Of a stretch of 64,000 nt of DNA, positions 31,586 through 41,938 are shown in pieces. This stretch comes from a virus. Position 1 is the first letter of the stretch. Each line of letters opens with the position of its first letter. Made by a program: the position numbers and the translations under genes. Where the stretch lies: IMG/VR virus record IMGVR_UViG_3300028299_000132, positions 34,092-98,091 of that record, one strand, 5' to 3'. Below the pieces are notes generated by a model. That model worked only from the letters and a program-made list of their open reading frames with translations. It was not told where the DNA came from and did no database searches.

Positions 31586-31635
31586 AATGTAAAAATATTT
31601 TTTAATATATATAAATACAAATGTAATATATTTTT

Positions 31636-32484
31636 ATGAAGAAACAAATTGAAGTTTTAAGATTTGATGAATTTGTTAACGAAGAATTTAAATTTAGTGG
31701 TCTAAGAAATTGGACTATAATATTTCTAGCACTTTTTTATAATTTCAAAGGAGATGTTCCAAGAAAATTTAATGAACCAAAATTTGTTGAAAATTATGTT
31801 AAAAATTTACCAAAATTAAATAATAATCAAAGAGTTAGAGATATTATAAGTGAAGTAAAAAATAGAGTATTAAAAGATACAAAAATATCAAATAAACAAG
31901 AAATTTTAAAAAAGATAGATGAGACTTTAATTGTTATTAGACGAGAAGATGAGTTTATGAAAATAATTACAGATATTGGTAATAAAGAAGCTAGTGGTAG
32001 ATTAATTACTTTTAAAATTAATGATAATACACAAACACATTCTATTATTATCTTAGAAAAAGACTTTAATGATGAAACATTAACTCACGAATTAAACCAT
32101 GTTGTAGAGAATAATATAAAACAAGATATGAGTGGAGTGGAAAAGATGTTTAACTTTAATATGAACTTTAAAGAATATAATAATAACTTAAAAATGATGA
32201 CGAATGGTGATTATTATTTACCAAGTTCAGCGACTATTGATAAAGAATATAGAGATTATTTAAAAACTGAATTATATGTCAGATTAAATGGATTTAAGAG
32301 ATTTTTATATAATCATAAATTAATAAACAATTCAAATGATAGTATAAAAGAATATATGATAAACAATATATTATCTGGTAGATTTTACAAGAATTTAAGT
32401 GATGAAGATAAGGAAATATTCTCACACTCAGACTTTTTAGAAATATTTATGTTTTTAGATAGAGAAAAATGGAAAGGATTTTAA
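31636..32484 (+). CDS. Tagged protein with HExxH motif
   Basis: VLRFDEFVNEE; LTHELNHV; ELYVRL. Confidence 0.65.
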   Translation: MKKQIEVLRFDEFVNEEFKFSGLRNWTIIFLALFYNFKGDVPRKFNEPKFVENYVKNLPKLNNNQRVRDIISEVKNRVLKDTKISNKQEILKKIDETLIVIRREDEFMKIITDIGNKEASGRLITFKINDNTQTHSIIILEKDFNDETLTHELNHVVENNIKQDMSGVEKMFNFNMNFKEYNNNLKMMTNGDYYLPSSATIDKEYRDYLKTELYVRLNGFKRFLYNHKLINNSNDSIKEYMINNILSGRFYKNLSDEDKEIFSHSDFLEIFMFLDREKWKGF

Positions 32485-32486
32485 TT

Positions 32487-33236
32487 ATGAAATACTTAAA
32501 ATTATTTGAAGTGATTAAAATTTCTGATTATAGGAAATATCATAGAATGAGGGGTAATGATGATTTTCAAGAGAAAATGAAAGAATATTTTATGAAATTT
32601 CCAGACCATAGTAGAAATTATGATAGAATTTATTTTGATTTTGAAGTAGACCCAGATGACTGGAAAATTAAAATACCAAAAGAAATTTCTGATTTTATGG
32701 GATGGTATCATTATCCAATATTAGACTATAATAAAGGTATATGTAGAGATCACGATGGTAGAGAAATTAGGATTGGTAGATTATTTCAAAAACTAGGAGA
32801 AGATAGATTATTAAAAGTATATAATGATAGTAAACAAAATATGTTAAGGGATATTGGTGATTTACAGATAGTTATATCTAGGCATAAATATGATATAGTA
32901 GGTCAATCAACAGACAGAGGATGGACAACTTGTATAGATTTACACGACAAAAGATATCAAGGTAAACATGTACATAATTTAGATTATCAAATAAGCCGAG
33001 GTACATCATTGGTCGCGTATGTAATACGAAAAGCGGATAGAAATATCAATAATCCTATATCAAGAACGAATATAAATGGATATTGTTCTCGGGAAGCCAT
33101 TCCCTGGGGTCTTAGAACATTTAGATCTAAACCATTATGGACTTTAAATACTACGAATTGTGTATATGGAACTAATGTTCCTGGTTTTATAGAGTTTCTA
33201 ATAAAATGGTGTGATGATTTTAATAAAACAAAATAA
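32487..33236 (+). CDS. Tagged hypothetical protein
   Basis: MKYLKLFE; VISRHKYDIVGQSTDRGWTTC. Confidence 0.75.
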   Translation: MKYLKLFEVIKISDYRKYHRMRGNDDFQEKMKEYFMKFPDHSRNYDRIYFDFEVDPDDWKIKIPKEISDFMGWYHYPILDYNKGICRDHDGREIRIGRLFQKLGEDRLLKVYNDSKQNMLRDIGDLQIVISRHKYDIVGQSTDRGWTTCIDLHDKRYQGKHVHNLDYQISRGTSLVAYVIRKADRNINNPISRTNINGYCSREAIPWGLRTFRSKPLWTLNTTNCVYGTNVPGFIEFLIKWCDDFNKTK

Positions 33237-33274
33237 GATTGAGAATTTAATATATACAAAAAAAATATAAAAAA

Positions 33275-33577
33275 ATGAAATACTTAAAATTATTTGAGGA
33301 ATGTGATTCTAAAAAAATTCAGGAAATTCAAGAATATGAAATCACAGAGGGAGTTAAAAATCCTAACGATAATATTAAAATGAAAATAACTTATAATCCT
33401 GGTCTTTTTAATAGAATAGGTGATAGGGATCAAGCGTTAAAAGCGTTAGCACAGCTCGCGAAAACATGTAAATTGGAAGATTGGAAATTTCAGGTTTCTG
33501 GTAGAGAATTTATATTAAATATTACAGGAAAAAGAGCATACTGTGATATATTTTACAAAGCAATTGAAAGATTATAA
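33275..33577 (+). CDS. Tagged hypothetical protein
   Basis: MKYLKLFEE. Confidence 0.75.
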   Translation: MKYLKLFEECDSKKIQEIQEYEITEGVKNPNDNIKMKITYNPGLFNRIGDRDQALKALAQLAKTCKLEDWKFQVSGREFILNITGKRAYCDIFYKAIERL

Positions 33578-33594
33578 AAAAATAAAATAAAAGA

Positions 33595-33972
33595 ATGAAA
33601 CACATTATAGGAATAAATGAGTTTTTAAATGAAGGATTTAGTAATAATTTTATTCAGAAATCAATAAAATTTATTGAAAGACTAAAAGATTTATTTGATG
33701 GTATAGAAATACCAGAAGAAGATTTAGATAAATTGTTAAATTCTCCATCAATTTATTCTAGTGTTTGTAATACAGGATTTTTTAAACAGATTAAAAATGT
33801 TTACAATAATAATAAAGATAGAATTAAACAAGAATATGATTTAGTATTCGGAACAAATGAAGAGTTTATATGTAGTTTATTGATATCAGTCGCTGTTATG
33901 TTCGCGTTTTATTACGCAGCAAAAAAAGGATATTTGGATAAATTAATAGGAAAAATTGATGAAAAAATTTGA
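33595..33972 (+). CDS. Tagged protein with C-terminal TM
   Basis: MKHIIGINEFLNE; TNEE followed by a hydrophobic helix. Confidence 0.7.
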   Translation: MKHIIGINEFLNEGFSNNFIQKSIKFIERLKDLFDGIEIPEEDLDKLLNSPSIYSSVCNTGFFKQIKNVYNNNKDRIKQEYDLVFGTNEEFICSLLISVAVMFAFYYAAKKGYLDKLIGKIDEKI

Positions 33973-33986
33973 AGACTTTAAAAATT

Positions 33987-34013
33987 AAAAACCCAGAAAA
34001 TCTGGGTTTTTTT
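33987..34013. terminator. Bidirectional intrinsic terminator
   Basis: aaaaacccaga-aaa-tctgggtttttt. Confidence 0.8.
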
Positions 34014-34014
34014 G

Positions 34015-34389
34015 TTATTTATCATCAAACATAAAATCAAGATTATCGGGGTCATCCTTAGAAAATCTATTTGGTGAATAACCATACCCTTCTTGATATC
34101 CAATATCTAATTTACTAGTTTTTGTAATACCTCTAATTATGAATTTATCAGCACTATTTAAATATTTGAACGCGTTTTCTGATAATCCACCTCTATTTTT
34201 ATTTATGACGTAGACCTCATCACCAACTTTAAAATCTGTCTCAATTGGTTTATTAACAGCACGACCACCTGGTATATTTCTCTTTTTCTTTTTCCTTCTA
34301 ATTAACCAGTCATTTTCTGGATCTCTGTCTCTTTTTTTCTTTCTTTTTATCCAAGCGTCAAATTCTTCAAATAATTGTAAATGTTTCAT
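34015..34389 (-). CDS. Tagged protein with SH3-like domain
   Basis: MKHLQLFEEF; FKVGDEVYV. Confidence 0.7.
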   Translation of the reverse strand: MKHLQLFEEFDAWIKRKKKRDRDPENDWLIRRKKKKRNIPGGRAVNKPIETDFKVGDEVYVINKNRGGLSENAFKYLNSADKFIIRGITKTSKLDIGYQEGYGYSPNRFSKDDPDNLDFMFDDK

Positions 34390-34399
34390 ATTATTTTTT

Positions 34400-34627
34400 T
34401 TATTTTTTCCAAGTTATATCTTTACCATTTTCATCATACTTTCTAAAAATTAATTCCTCAATTCTTAAATCATTATAATTTTTTACTAATTCTTTTATAT
34501 CTCTTAATAATCTCGTTCTGTTAGCTTTTCCTCTTATGACAACATTCAAATCAATATCATCAACCGAGTCTTTTTGTCTATTGATAAAAGCTGGATGAAG
34601 TTCTTCGTTAAACCTTTTAAGTTTCAT
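34400..34627 (-). CDS. Tagged small protein
   Basis: MKLKRFNEE. Confidence 0.7.
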   Translation of the reverse strand: MKLKRFNEELHPAFINRQKDSVDDIDLNVVIRGKANRTRLLRDIKELVKNYNDLRIEELIFRKYDENGKDITWKK

Positions 34628-34704
34628 AATACCGATTTATTTTCTTTATATATTAAATTTTTTTATTGTTTTTTATCTATTATATTTGTGTAAATACATT
34701 GGAT

Positions 34705-35097
34705 ATGAAAATCATAAAGTATATAAAGAAGAGAAAAGCTATATTGAAAAGATATAGAAGTATAATGAATGCGAGATATAATAGATTAAGGATTGAAAAA
34801 GAAGAAGAAATTAAGACAATATTTGATAATATTAAAAAAGATTTTGACCCATATAGGATTGAAAAACATCAGATAATAAATGGTGAAGGATATACATATG
34901 ATGGTGTAAGTGTTATTTTTTATGGATTATCTGTAGATTCAAATTCTAGTAATCTTTGGCAGGACGATACATATTACTATAAATTCAATTTATTTCTAGA
35001 TGGTAATGAAATAGTTGATGATATTTGGTTTGATAAACATCAAATTTTAGTTCGTGATATCTTTAATTTTCTAGAGAATGAATATAAGAATAAATAA
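34705..35097 (+). CDS. Hypothetical protein
   Basis: ATG at 34705 downstream of TATATTTG. Confidence 0.65.
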   Translation: MKIIKYIKKRKAILKRYRSIMNARYNRLRIEKEEEIKTIFDNIKKDFDPYRIEKHQIINGEGYTYDGVSVIFYGLSVDSNSSNLWQDDTYYYKFNLFLDGNEIVDDIWFDKHQILVRDIFNFLENEYKNK

Positions 35098-35185
35098 TAT
35101 ATCAGAAGATTTTGAGTTTTTTGGAATGACAGTTTCACAATTATTAAAGATTAAAAATTTTACATTTAAATTAATAGTTGTCAGA
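35078..35185 (+). pseudogene. Gene fragment truncated by an IS right end
   Basis: MNIRINNISEDFEFFG...LIVVR runs directly into ATGAAC of the element end. Confidence 0.5.
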
Positions 35186-35430
35186 ATGAACTACAACGAC
35201 ACTAAAGTGTAGTTGTTTCTACGCAGCACGCTTAAACCAATGTTTTACGTTACGCTACGCCTGGGTTGTCCCTAACCCAGTTTAAGTTATATATCAGTGG
35301 TCGTGGCAAAAGCCTAACGACTTGATTGATTAATTCATTGATTAATCCTTATATACTTTTATGATTTTACCTGAACCAAGCTTTTGGTCAGAACCATTTA
35401 CCATTACGTCAAAGAACATATTGGTAAATC
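35186..35430 (-). ncRNA. Stand-alone omegaRNA-like structured element (IS605 right end, no TnpB ORF)
   Basis: Terminal hairpin gaaacaactacactttagtgtcgttgtagttcat like the tnpB ends; further hairpins ctgggtt/aacccag, gtcgt/acgac, tttacca/tggtaaa. Confidence 0.7.
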
Positions 35431-35440
35431 ATTATCTAAC

Positions 35441-36253
35441 TTAATGTGTTTTGTAATTCTCATCATATAATTCCTTATTTATCATTAAAACTTTTGAATC
35501 AGTCCATCCAACATATTTATAATCAATATTTTTAAGACCTTTCAAATCATAAAGTTTAATATCATTCTTTTTTGGGTTAAATAAATCTATAATAGCTTCT
35601 CCAAATGTGCTTTTATCTATATCCATTTTTATTCTTATATAAGATAAATAATTATAGGTCTTATTTTCTCTTACATATTTATCCATTATTTTAAAACATT
35701 CATATATATTATTAATATTAAATTTTTTACCTGTTATATGTTCATATCTACCAATTATCTCACCTAATACCATTGATGGTGAAACGTAATCATATTCAGA
35801 ATATTTATTATCACGAAGTAGTTCTTTAGTGAGATAATTCCAACTAAAACTAAATAATCCTTTCATTATCGCGAATCTAGCTCCGTTAAATGGAATTATA
35901 TAATAACTAGTGCCATATTGATTCATTTCGTAGTTTGAGAAATCTAAACTATCACCTTTTGGTGGATATCCTTCCCATAGATCTGTTTTTGTTAATTCAT
36001 AATGAAATCTTTTAGCCAAAATATGTGATTTATCACCTGGTGTAGCATTTTTTATTTGTCTGAATGTATTATGATACTTTATATTTATATATAGATAATC
36101 ACTATCTTTTTTAATACCTCTTAATAAAAACGGATTATCTAAATCAAATTCATTACAATATTTTTTATATATATCAAAGAATTCATCTTTTGATAATTCT
36201 TTAGTATAATCATCGTAATTAAATGATTCATTATATAATTTTAAATATTTCAT
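35441..36253 (-). CDS. Tagged hypothetical protein
   Basis: MKYLKLYNESF; YGTSYYIIPFNGA. Confidence 0.7.
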   Translation of the reverse strand: MKYLKLYNESFNYDDYTKELSKDEFFDIYKKYCNEFDLDNPFLLRGIKKDSDYLYINIKYHNTFRQIKNATPGDKSHILAKRFHYELTKTDLWEGYPPKGDSLDFSNYEMNQYGTSYYIIPFNGARFAIMKGLFSFSWNYLTKELLRDNKYSEYDYVSPSMVLGEIIGRYEHITGKKFNINNIYECFKIMDKYVRENKTYNYLSYIRIKMDIDKSTFGEAIIDLFNPKKNDIKLYDLKGLKNIDYKYVGWTDSKVLMINKELYDENYKTH

Positions 36254-37095
36254 ACCATTGTTATTAACATTTTTACAACAACTGGTATCATACAACCGAC
36301 AATAACACCAAAGAATTGTTGTGATACTTTTCCTTCACTTCTTACTTTTAATAATTTGTATAATCCCGTCGCGACCGCTCCACCTAGAACAACACCTAAC
36401 GCGTCACTAAATGTATTTCCTATACCCGCAGCTACCTGAGAATCAAATCCTAATCCGAGTATCCAACTCTCTACCGCGTCCATACCAACGAACATTCCTA
36501 GGTTATCTATTAATCCAAATGTCATCATAAAAGTACTACCAATAGCGAATGTTTTTATATTTGTTAATGATCTTCTAACGAAATTCGCGTTAACTTCTCG
36601 TTCTATATTATCCAATTCATTCATAATGGATTTTTTAGTTTCTTCTAGTTTTTTTGACACTTCTATTTTTATCAGCTCCATTATTTTATCTTTGTTTCTA
36701 TCAAAACTACCTTTTATATCATCTTTTGATACTAACTTATTCTCTCTAGCTATGTTTAATGCCGCTTTTACAGATAATCCAAGGTCTTCTTTTTTTAGAT
36801 TTGTCTTTAGTGTATCTACCATTTCAGCTTCAAATCTTTTGAAATATCTATCAAATTTATCTCTTTTTTCTGGTGTTAATCTCTTTAATAATTTACTGAT
36901 AAAAACTGTTATTGTTTGAATAGTTCTTTGTGATATTGTTTTAGCTGTTCTAAAGAAATTATAAATCTTATTTAATATCCTATTCGCCCAATTCATATTC
37001 GCTTCAGTTAACAGGTTAACATTAAAGATGAATCTATTAATCTCCCTTACTAAGTCTTCTTCTCTAAATGAATTATATTCGTTTATATAAATCAT
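36250..37095 (-). CDS. Membrane protein with TMEM65-like C-terminal domain
   Basis: FGLIDNLGMFVGMDAVE, AAGIGNTFSDALG, GVIVGCMI. Confidence 0.7.
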   Translation of the reverse strand: MIYINEYNSFREEDLVREINRFIFNVNLLTEANMNWANRILNKIYNFFRTAKTISQRTIQTITVFISKLLKRLTPEKRDKFDRYFKRFEAEMVDTLKTNLKKEDLGLSVKAALNIARENKLVSKDDIKGSFDRNKDKIMELIKIEVSKKLEETKKSIMNELDNIEREVNANFVRRSLTNIKTFAIGSTFMMTFGLIDNLGMFVGMDAVESWILGLGFDSQVAAGIGNTFSDALGVVLGGAVATGLYKLLKVRSEGKVSQQFFGVIVGCMIPVVVKMLITMV

Positions 37096-37430
37096 TGTTT
37101 TTCTATTATTTTATATACATCATATGGATGAACAAACCACCCGTGTCCATATTTACAACCATGATCACTAGTAGCGTGATTTTTTTCTCTATCTCCCATT
37201 ATATCATCTGGTAATTTTTTATCAAAACATATATAACACCAATCAAATCCTTTTCCACCTTTTAAAACAGTCCCGTTTCCATATTCTTCACTATATATTC
37301 TATCACCTTTTTTTAAACCTTCACCTAATCCAATTCTTTGTTTTTTGAGTTTTTTAATAGGATCTTCCTCTTCCCAATCAAAATCATCAAAGTCAATGTC
37401 TATTTCTTCAAATAATTTTATGTATTTCAT
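37092..37430 (-). CDS. Tagged protein with SH3-like domain
   Basis: MKYIKLFEEIDIDFDDFDWEEEDP; LKKGDRI..YGNGTV..GCKYGHGWFV. Confidence 0.75.
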   Translation of the reverse strand: MKYIKLFEEIDIDFDDFDWEEEDPIKKLKKQRIGLGEGLKKGDRIYSEEYGNGTVLKGGKGFDWCYICFDKKLPDDIMGDREKNHATSDHGCKYGHGWFVHPYDVYKIIEKQ

Positions 37431-37481
37431 ATTTTTATATATTAATTTTTACTATTTAATTTTTTATCTTATATTTGAAGT

Positions 37482-37926
37482 ATGAAAAAATTATTATTAC
37501 TATTACTTTTAGTATTACCATCATTTTTGATGAGTCAGAGTTATATTGGTCAAAAATATGATGATTTCTTTGAAAAAATGGTAAATAAACATCGTAGTGA
37601 AATATTTAATGGACCCGGCAAAAGAATATTATGACCAAGACTTAGGTAATTATCTAATACTAATAGTCTGGAAATCAAATTCATACACAACTTACTCATT
37701 TTCACCAAATAATGTATGTGTATATATTTATCAGTTTACACCAATAGAGGATAATATAATAAGAAAGAAACTATTGGATGAATTAATAGAAATATATGAT
37801 AAAGATTATAAAAAAATTGATAATTATTGGATAGAAGAGTATAATGGTATAAATATTAAACACATAGTACAAGAGAAAATATTAGAAGATAAAATAGGAA
37901 TAACAATAATAATGGAAAAACAATGA
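37482..37926 (+). pseudogene. Signal-peptide protein split by a frameshift near 37612-37625
   Basis: MKKLLLLLLLVLPSFLMSQ signal peptide frame ends at TGA; continues in the 37597-37926 frame. Confidence 0.6.
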
Positions 37927-37995
37927 AAGAAAAACAAAATTTAATAATCGGATTAGTATTGATAACTATAGGTATAGTATTTTTATTTTTGTAAA

Positions 37996-38397
37996 ATGGT
38001 ATTCATATTAATATATTCAATTTCACTACTTTTGACATCACTTTATTTACTCAGTTTTGTAATTGATGAATTGGATGACCCTAGTGAGTATTGTATTATG
38101 CTGATATTCAATATATTTTCTCCCATATTTTTTATACTTATTATCATTCTATTATGTAAAGATAGAACAGAAAGAAACAAATTCTTTTATGGCATTAAAA
38201 AATTAAATCCAATTAGATGGATTAAAAATCTATCATTATTCATTTTACACACAATAAAGATATTACTTTTTAAAAGTGAATGGGAAGAAAATGAAGAAGA
38301 GGAGGATGATAATATTAGAGAAATAGTTAGAAATATTCAATTACTTAGTCTGATTAATAATTCATACTTCGCGAAAAGATTTAGAAAGGTTATTTAA
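37996..38397 (+). CDS. Membrane protein
   Basis: Two N-terminal TM segments. Confidence 0.6.
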   Translation: MVFILIYSISLLLTSLYLLSFVIDELDDPSEYCIMLIFNIFSPIFFILIIILLCKDRTERNKFFYGIKKLNPIRWIKNLSLFILHTIKILLFKSEWEENEEEEDDNIREIVRNIQLLSLINNSYFAKRFRKVI

Positions 38398-39072
38398 ACT
38401 CAAAATATATATTTATTTAGTTCTTTGTCATAAATGTACTCTGTGTTCTCTTTTTTCTCCCTCTCTTTTACTAATTTAAGTAATTGTTTTATATTTTCAT
38501 ATCCCTTGTATATAATTATTATTTTTGAACCTTTATCATATGTGGATGAATCATCCATAGAACCTTTATTTATAATATGATAATAATCAGGATCTTGTAT
38601 TAATTTATGATAAACTTTTTTCGCACTATTACTTACTTGTGTGTTACTAGTTATAAAACCAATCTGTTTTTATAAATGATTTATATACTTTATATCCAAG
38701 CCCAATATTTACCAATGGATATTCTAACCCATTTATCATATGGAAACGATTTCCAATTTTTCCTCCAAATAAACTACTTTCCATTTGACCCTCATTCGTA
38801 AGAGCAAATACTATTCTATGTCCTTTTTGGGATATAGAATATAACTCATCTAATTTCTCATCTTTGAAATATAATTCATAATCTTTTGACTTTTCAGAAT
38901 CTTTTTTAAAATACATATCATCTATTGTAACTCTTAAAAATTTATTCGCGATATCTTTTTGTTTTATATCATCTATATCAAAAAATTCACGATTATTTAC
39001 GTTATTGTTATAGTAAAATATTTTAGCTTTTTTATTCTTTTTTATTTTTATTAATTTTAAAATATTTGACAT
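38362..39072 (-). pseudogene. GNAT-like paralog of 25741-26796, frameshifted in an A-run at about 38668
   Basis: GLGYKVYKSFIK continues in a shifted frame as QIGFITSNTQVSNSAKKVYHKLIQDPDYY. Confidence 0.7.
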
Positions 39073-39077
39073 ATCTT

Positions 39078-40040
39078 TTAAAGTTGTGGAGTTATAACAA
39101 CCCAATCCCGACCATCAGTACTAACCGAGAATATAATAGCGTCACCCCTAACCTGACCAGCTTCGTCTGTATCGGTCATCGTAACATTAAATTTCTCAAC
39201 ACCTTTTCTTACTTGTCTATTAATGAACATTTCAATAATAGATTCCACCGCCCCTCCATTAAATTCACCACGATTATGCATCATTGTATATTTTACTCCT
39301 GGATTTTTAGAATGATACCTATCTATTATTTTAGACATAATATCTTTCACTTTATCACCACTTAATGTACGAGTTGATGATTTTGATATTTGTTTAGTTT
39401 TAGAATCATTCACCTTTATTCGGTATTCTATAGTAACCGTTACTGTACCATCACTATTCTTCTTTTGACTAATTATTTTTGACTCAACAACCGATAAACT
39501 AGCTGTTGACACAGAATTATCACCACCAATTTTACGAATAACATCACGTTTAGCGTTTGACATAGCTAGTTTTTCCGCCATACTGATATCAACTGATGTA
39601 CCATCCGATGTTCCTTTATAAACATTTGATTCTGATGGAACTTGAACCCTATTACCACCCCAACTTCCTCCACCATCTGTAGTATTTGCATTCGCTGAAA
39701 ATGATGGTGTTGAGGTCAATAGTGATAAACTCGCTAACGCACCCGTGACCCAAGTTCTCCATCCCTCATCTATTTTTTCTAATTCCTTGTCTTCAATGGT
39801 CTTATATTCAAATTCAATCTTATATCTTCTTAATATTCTTTTTAATTCTACAAAATCATCAAAATATTTCATTTCTAATGAAAGTGGGTCTTTTGTTGAT
39901 ATGAAATATGTTTTTGTTTTTTTGAATTCACCAGAATAGGTATTGACCGCGTTCGTATTACCATCATCCCACATCATACCGAATAATCCACTATTTTCTA
40001 ATTCTTCTTTAAGAATTATACTAAATTTCTTTATTTTCAT
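39078..40040 (-). CDS. Tagged protein with internal signal-like segment and LPP20-like region
   Basis: KIDE-GWRTWVTGALASLSLLTSTPSFSA; SMAEKLAMSNAKRD. Confidence 0.6.
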   Translation of the reverse strand: MKIKKFSIILKEELENSGLFGMMWDDGNTNAVNTYSGEFKKTKTYFISTKDPLSLEMKYFDDFVELKRILRRYKIEFEYKTIEDKELEKIDEGWRTWVTGALASLSLLTSTPSFSANANTTDGGGSWGGNRVQVPSESNVYKGTSDGTSVDISMAEKLAMSNAKRDVIRKIGGDNSVSTASLSVVESKIISQKKNSDGTVTVTIEYRIKVNDSKTKQISKSSTRTLSGDKVKDIMSKIIDRYHSKNPGVKYTMMHNRGEFNGGAVESIIEMFINRQVRKGVEKFNVTMTDTDEAGQVRGDAIIFSVSTDGRDWVVITPQL

Positions 40041-40064
40041 TTTTATTTTTTATTTTTTTACAAT

Positions 40065-40563
40065 TTGGGTATCCTCGTTAAAATAACGAGGTTAACGCTT
40101 CACAGACAAGGTGCTTCTCTGTTTTAACAACAAAGTCCACAGAGCTCGCCTCCACGTTCAATGCCCGACATCCCATCGGCCAGTTTTTTTTTTGGAAATC
40201 CACCAATTCCTTTAAAGAATCGTTTATATGCGTGATCTAGGTTCAATAATGATCCCTGTAAGGATTGACTGTTTATTTCCTTTAACCAATTTAATTCTTC
40301 TTTCAAATCAACTACCTGTTTCTGTAAATCAAATCTTGATATATTAACTTTGTTTCTGTACGCGTTAATTTTTGTTTCAAGCGCGAGATTATAAATAAAT
40401 CTTGTTGACCCAAAATGCTTATTTAATAATTCTTTCTGATCATCTGTGGGATATAAACGATATTTAAAGGCTTTTAACATATATTTATATATAAAATATT
40501 CAATATGCTTTTTTATCTATAAAAAGGCTGTACCTAACCCCACCTCAAGGGGATGGGGAATTC
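40065..40563 (-). mobile_element. Internally deleted IS605-family tnpB remnant (different end sequences)
   Basis: TnpB N-terminus MLKAFKYRLYPTDDQ...GGFPK fused to a 3' GC-rich omegaRNA-like tract; hairpins cctcgtta/taacgagg and cccca..tgggg. Confidence 0.8.
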
Positions 40564-40580
40564 TTTTTAGATTAAATTTT

Positions 40581-40940
40581 TTAAATTACTTTAACGTTTA
40601 TAATTTTAGTTTTAATTGGCTTTTTTTCCCATCCTCTTTTAAGTGAAAATGTTATTAAACAAGTACCTTCTGATTCACCTTTAATTCTAAATATTTTATA
40701 GGTAGTTTTTTCTTTTCTTCCTGAAGAGATTAACCATTTTGACTCAACACTAACATTATCATTCTCCAATTTTTTATTCCACACATATCCAGTGGATGGT
40801 AATACATCAATTCTATATTCAAATGTTTCACCAACTTTTATAGTGTAGTCTATATTCTCGTCTTCCCATTCAAAATCATCAAAATCAATCTTTTCAAATA
40901 CCTTCGGATTCACATCCGTGAATAATTTAATGTGTTTCAT
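40581..40940 (-). CDS. Tagged chagasin-like (I42) protease inhibitor domain protein
   Basis: VGETFEYRI..PSTGYVW...GTCLITFSLKRGWE matches chagasin NPTTGY-W / RPW loops. Confidence 0.65.
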   Translation of the reverse strand: MKHIKLFTDVNPKVFEKIDFDDFEWEDENIDYTIKVGETFEYRIDVLPSTGYVWNKKLENDNVSVESKWLISSGRKEKTTYKIFRIKGESEGTCLITFSLKRGWEKKPIKTKIINVKVI

Positions 40941-40987
40941 AAGGGTATATATTAAAAATTTAATTCTTACTTTTAATATATAACTCT

Positions 40988-41287
40988 ATGAAATATTTAA
41001 AACTTTTTGAAAATTTTAATGATGACTGGGAAGAACCACAGGATGAGGAAATTGAACACGATGAAAATTTTGTAGATCCAAGAGAAAATACAGAAGGAGA
41101 ACTGATTGATGGAGAGTTAATAGACACATATGGTGGAGATTACACCTGGAGAGATGTTAGATGGGCGTTCTATGATGGGAGATATCATTTCTATGAAACT
41201 CGTTACGGAGCGAAAGATCTTACAGAATTTGAAATTGATAGTCCAGATGAAATATCGGAATATGAACGAATGTTAAAAAAAGAATAA
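40988..41287 (+). CDS. Tagged acidic protein
   Basis: MKYLKLFENFNDDWEEP. Confidence 0.75.
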   Translation: MKYLKLFENFNDDWEEPQDEEIEHDENFVDPRENTEGELIDGELIDTYGGDYTWRDVRWAFYDGRYHFYETRYGAKDLTEFEIDSPDEISEYERMLKKE

Positions 41288-41291
41288 AATT

Positions 41292-41837
41292 TTATCCTAT
41301 TTTATTTATCTTTGTGATAATACCATTGTCAATGTTGACATTTATTCTTTTATTATTAAGTTCCAGGACCGTTCAATCCTTTTTTCAAGCAAGGAGATGG
41401 GCCATTGTTCCATAATAACATTGATTATCTCTTTTATTTACTCGTATAATCCAATCCTTTGGTATTTCTTTTTTAGCTTCTTGTTCTGTCATACCAAGTA
41501 ATTGACTTGGACGAAACGCACCGTGACGATCATTTCTGACATCACCCGTATCTTCCCATTCCATATCATCAAAATCTAAATCTTCATTTTGTTTTTTATA
41601 TGGATAAGCTTTTGATGCTGCTTCTCTAATATCCTTTTCAATTGATTTTCTGTTTATTTTCCACGCTTGATGTCCAAATATACCAGCGGTTAAAGAATTT
41701 TTATTTGGATTTTTATCTAACCAGTTTTTAATCGCGTCAATAGTCTCTAGTATATCCTTTTCAGGAATATCAACTTTTTTTCTTATAGAAAAGTCAACTT
41801 CTTCGTTATATTCTCCAAATGTTTTTAGAGTTTTCAT
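41292..41837 (-). pseudogene. Tagged protein with I78/potato-inhibitor-I-like domain, disrupted by a 39-nt insertion
   Basis: LLGMTEQEA...IRV...YYGTM [insert with two TGA] ELNNKRINVNIDNGIITKINKIG. Confidence 0.7.
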
Positions 41838-41938
41838 CTTATTATTTTATTTTTAGTAGTAAAATTTATTTTTTATTTTAAACTTTTTAGATTATTATTA
41901 TTATTATTAATATTAACAATTTAAAAAAAAAAAATAAA

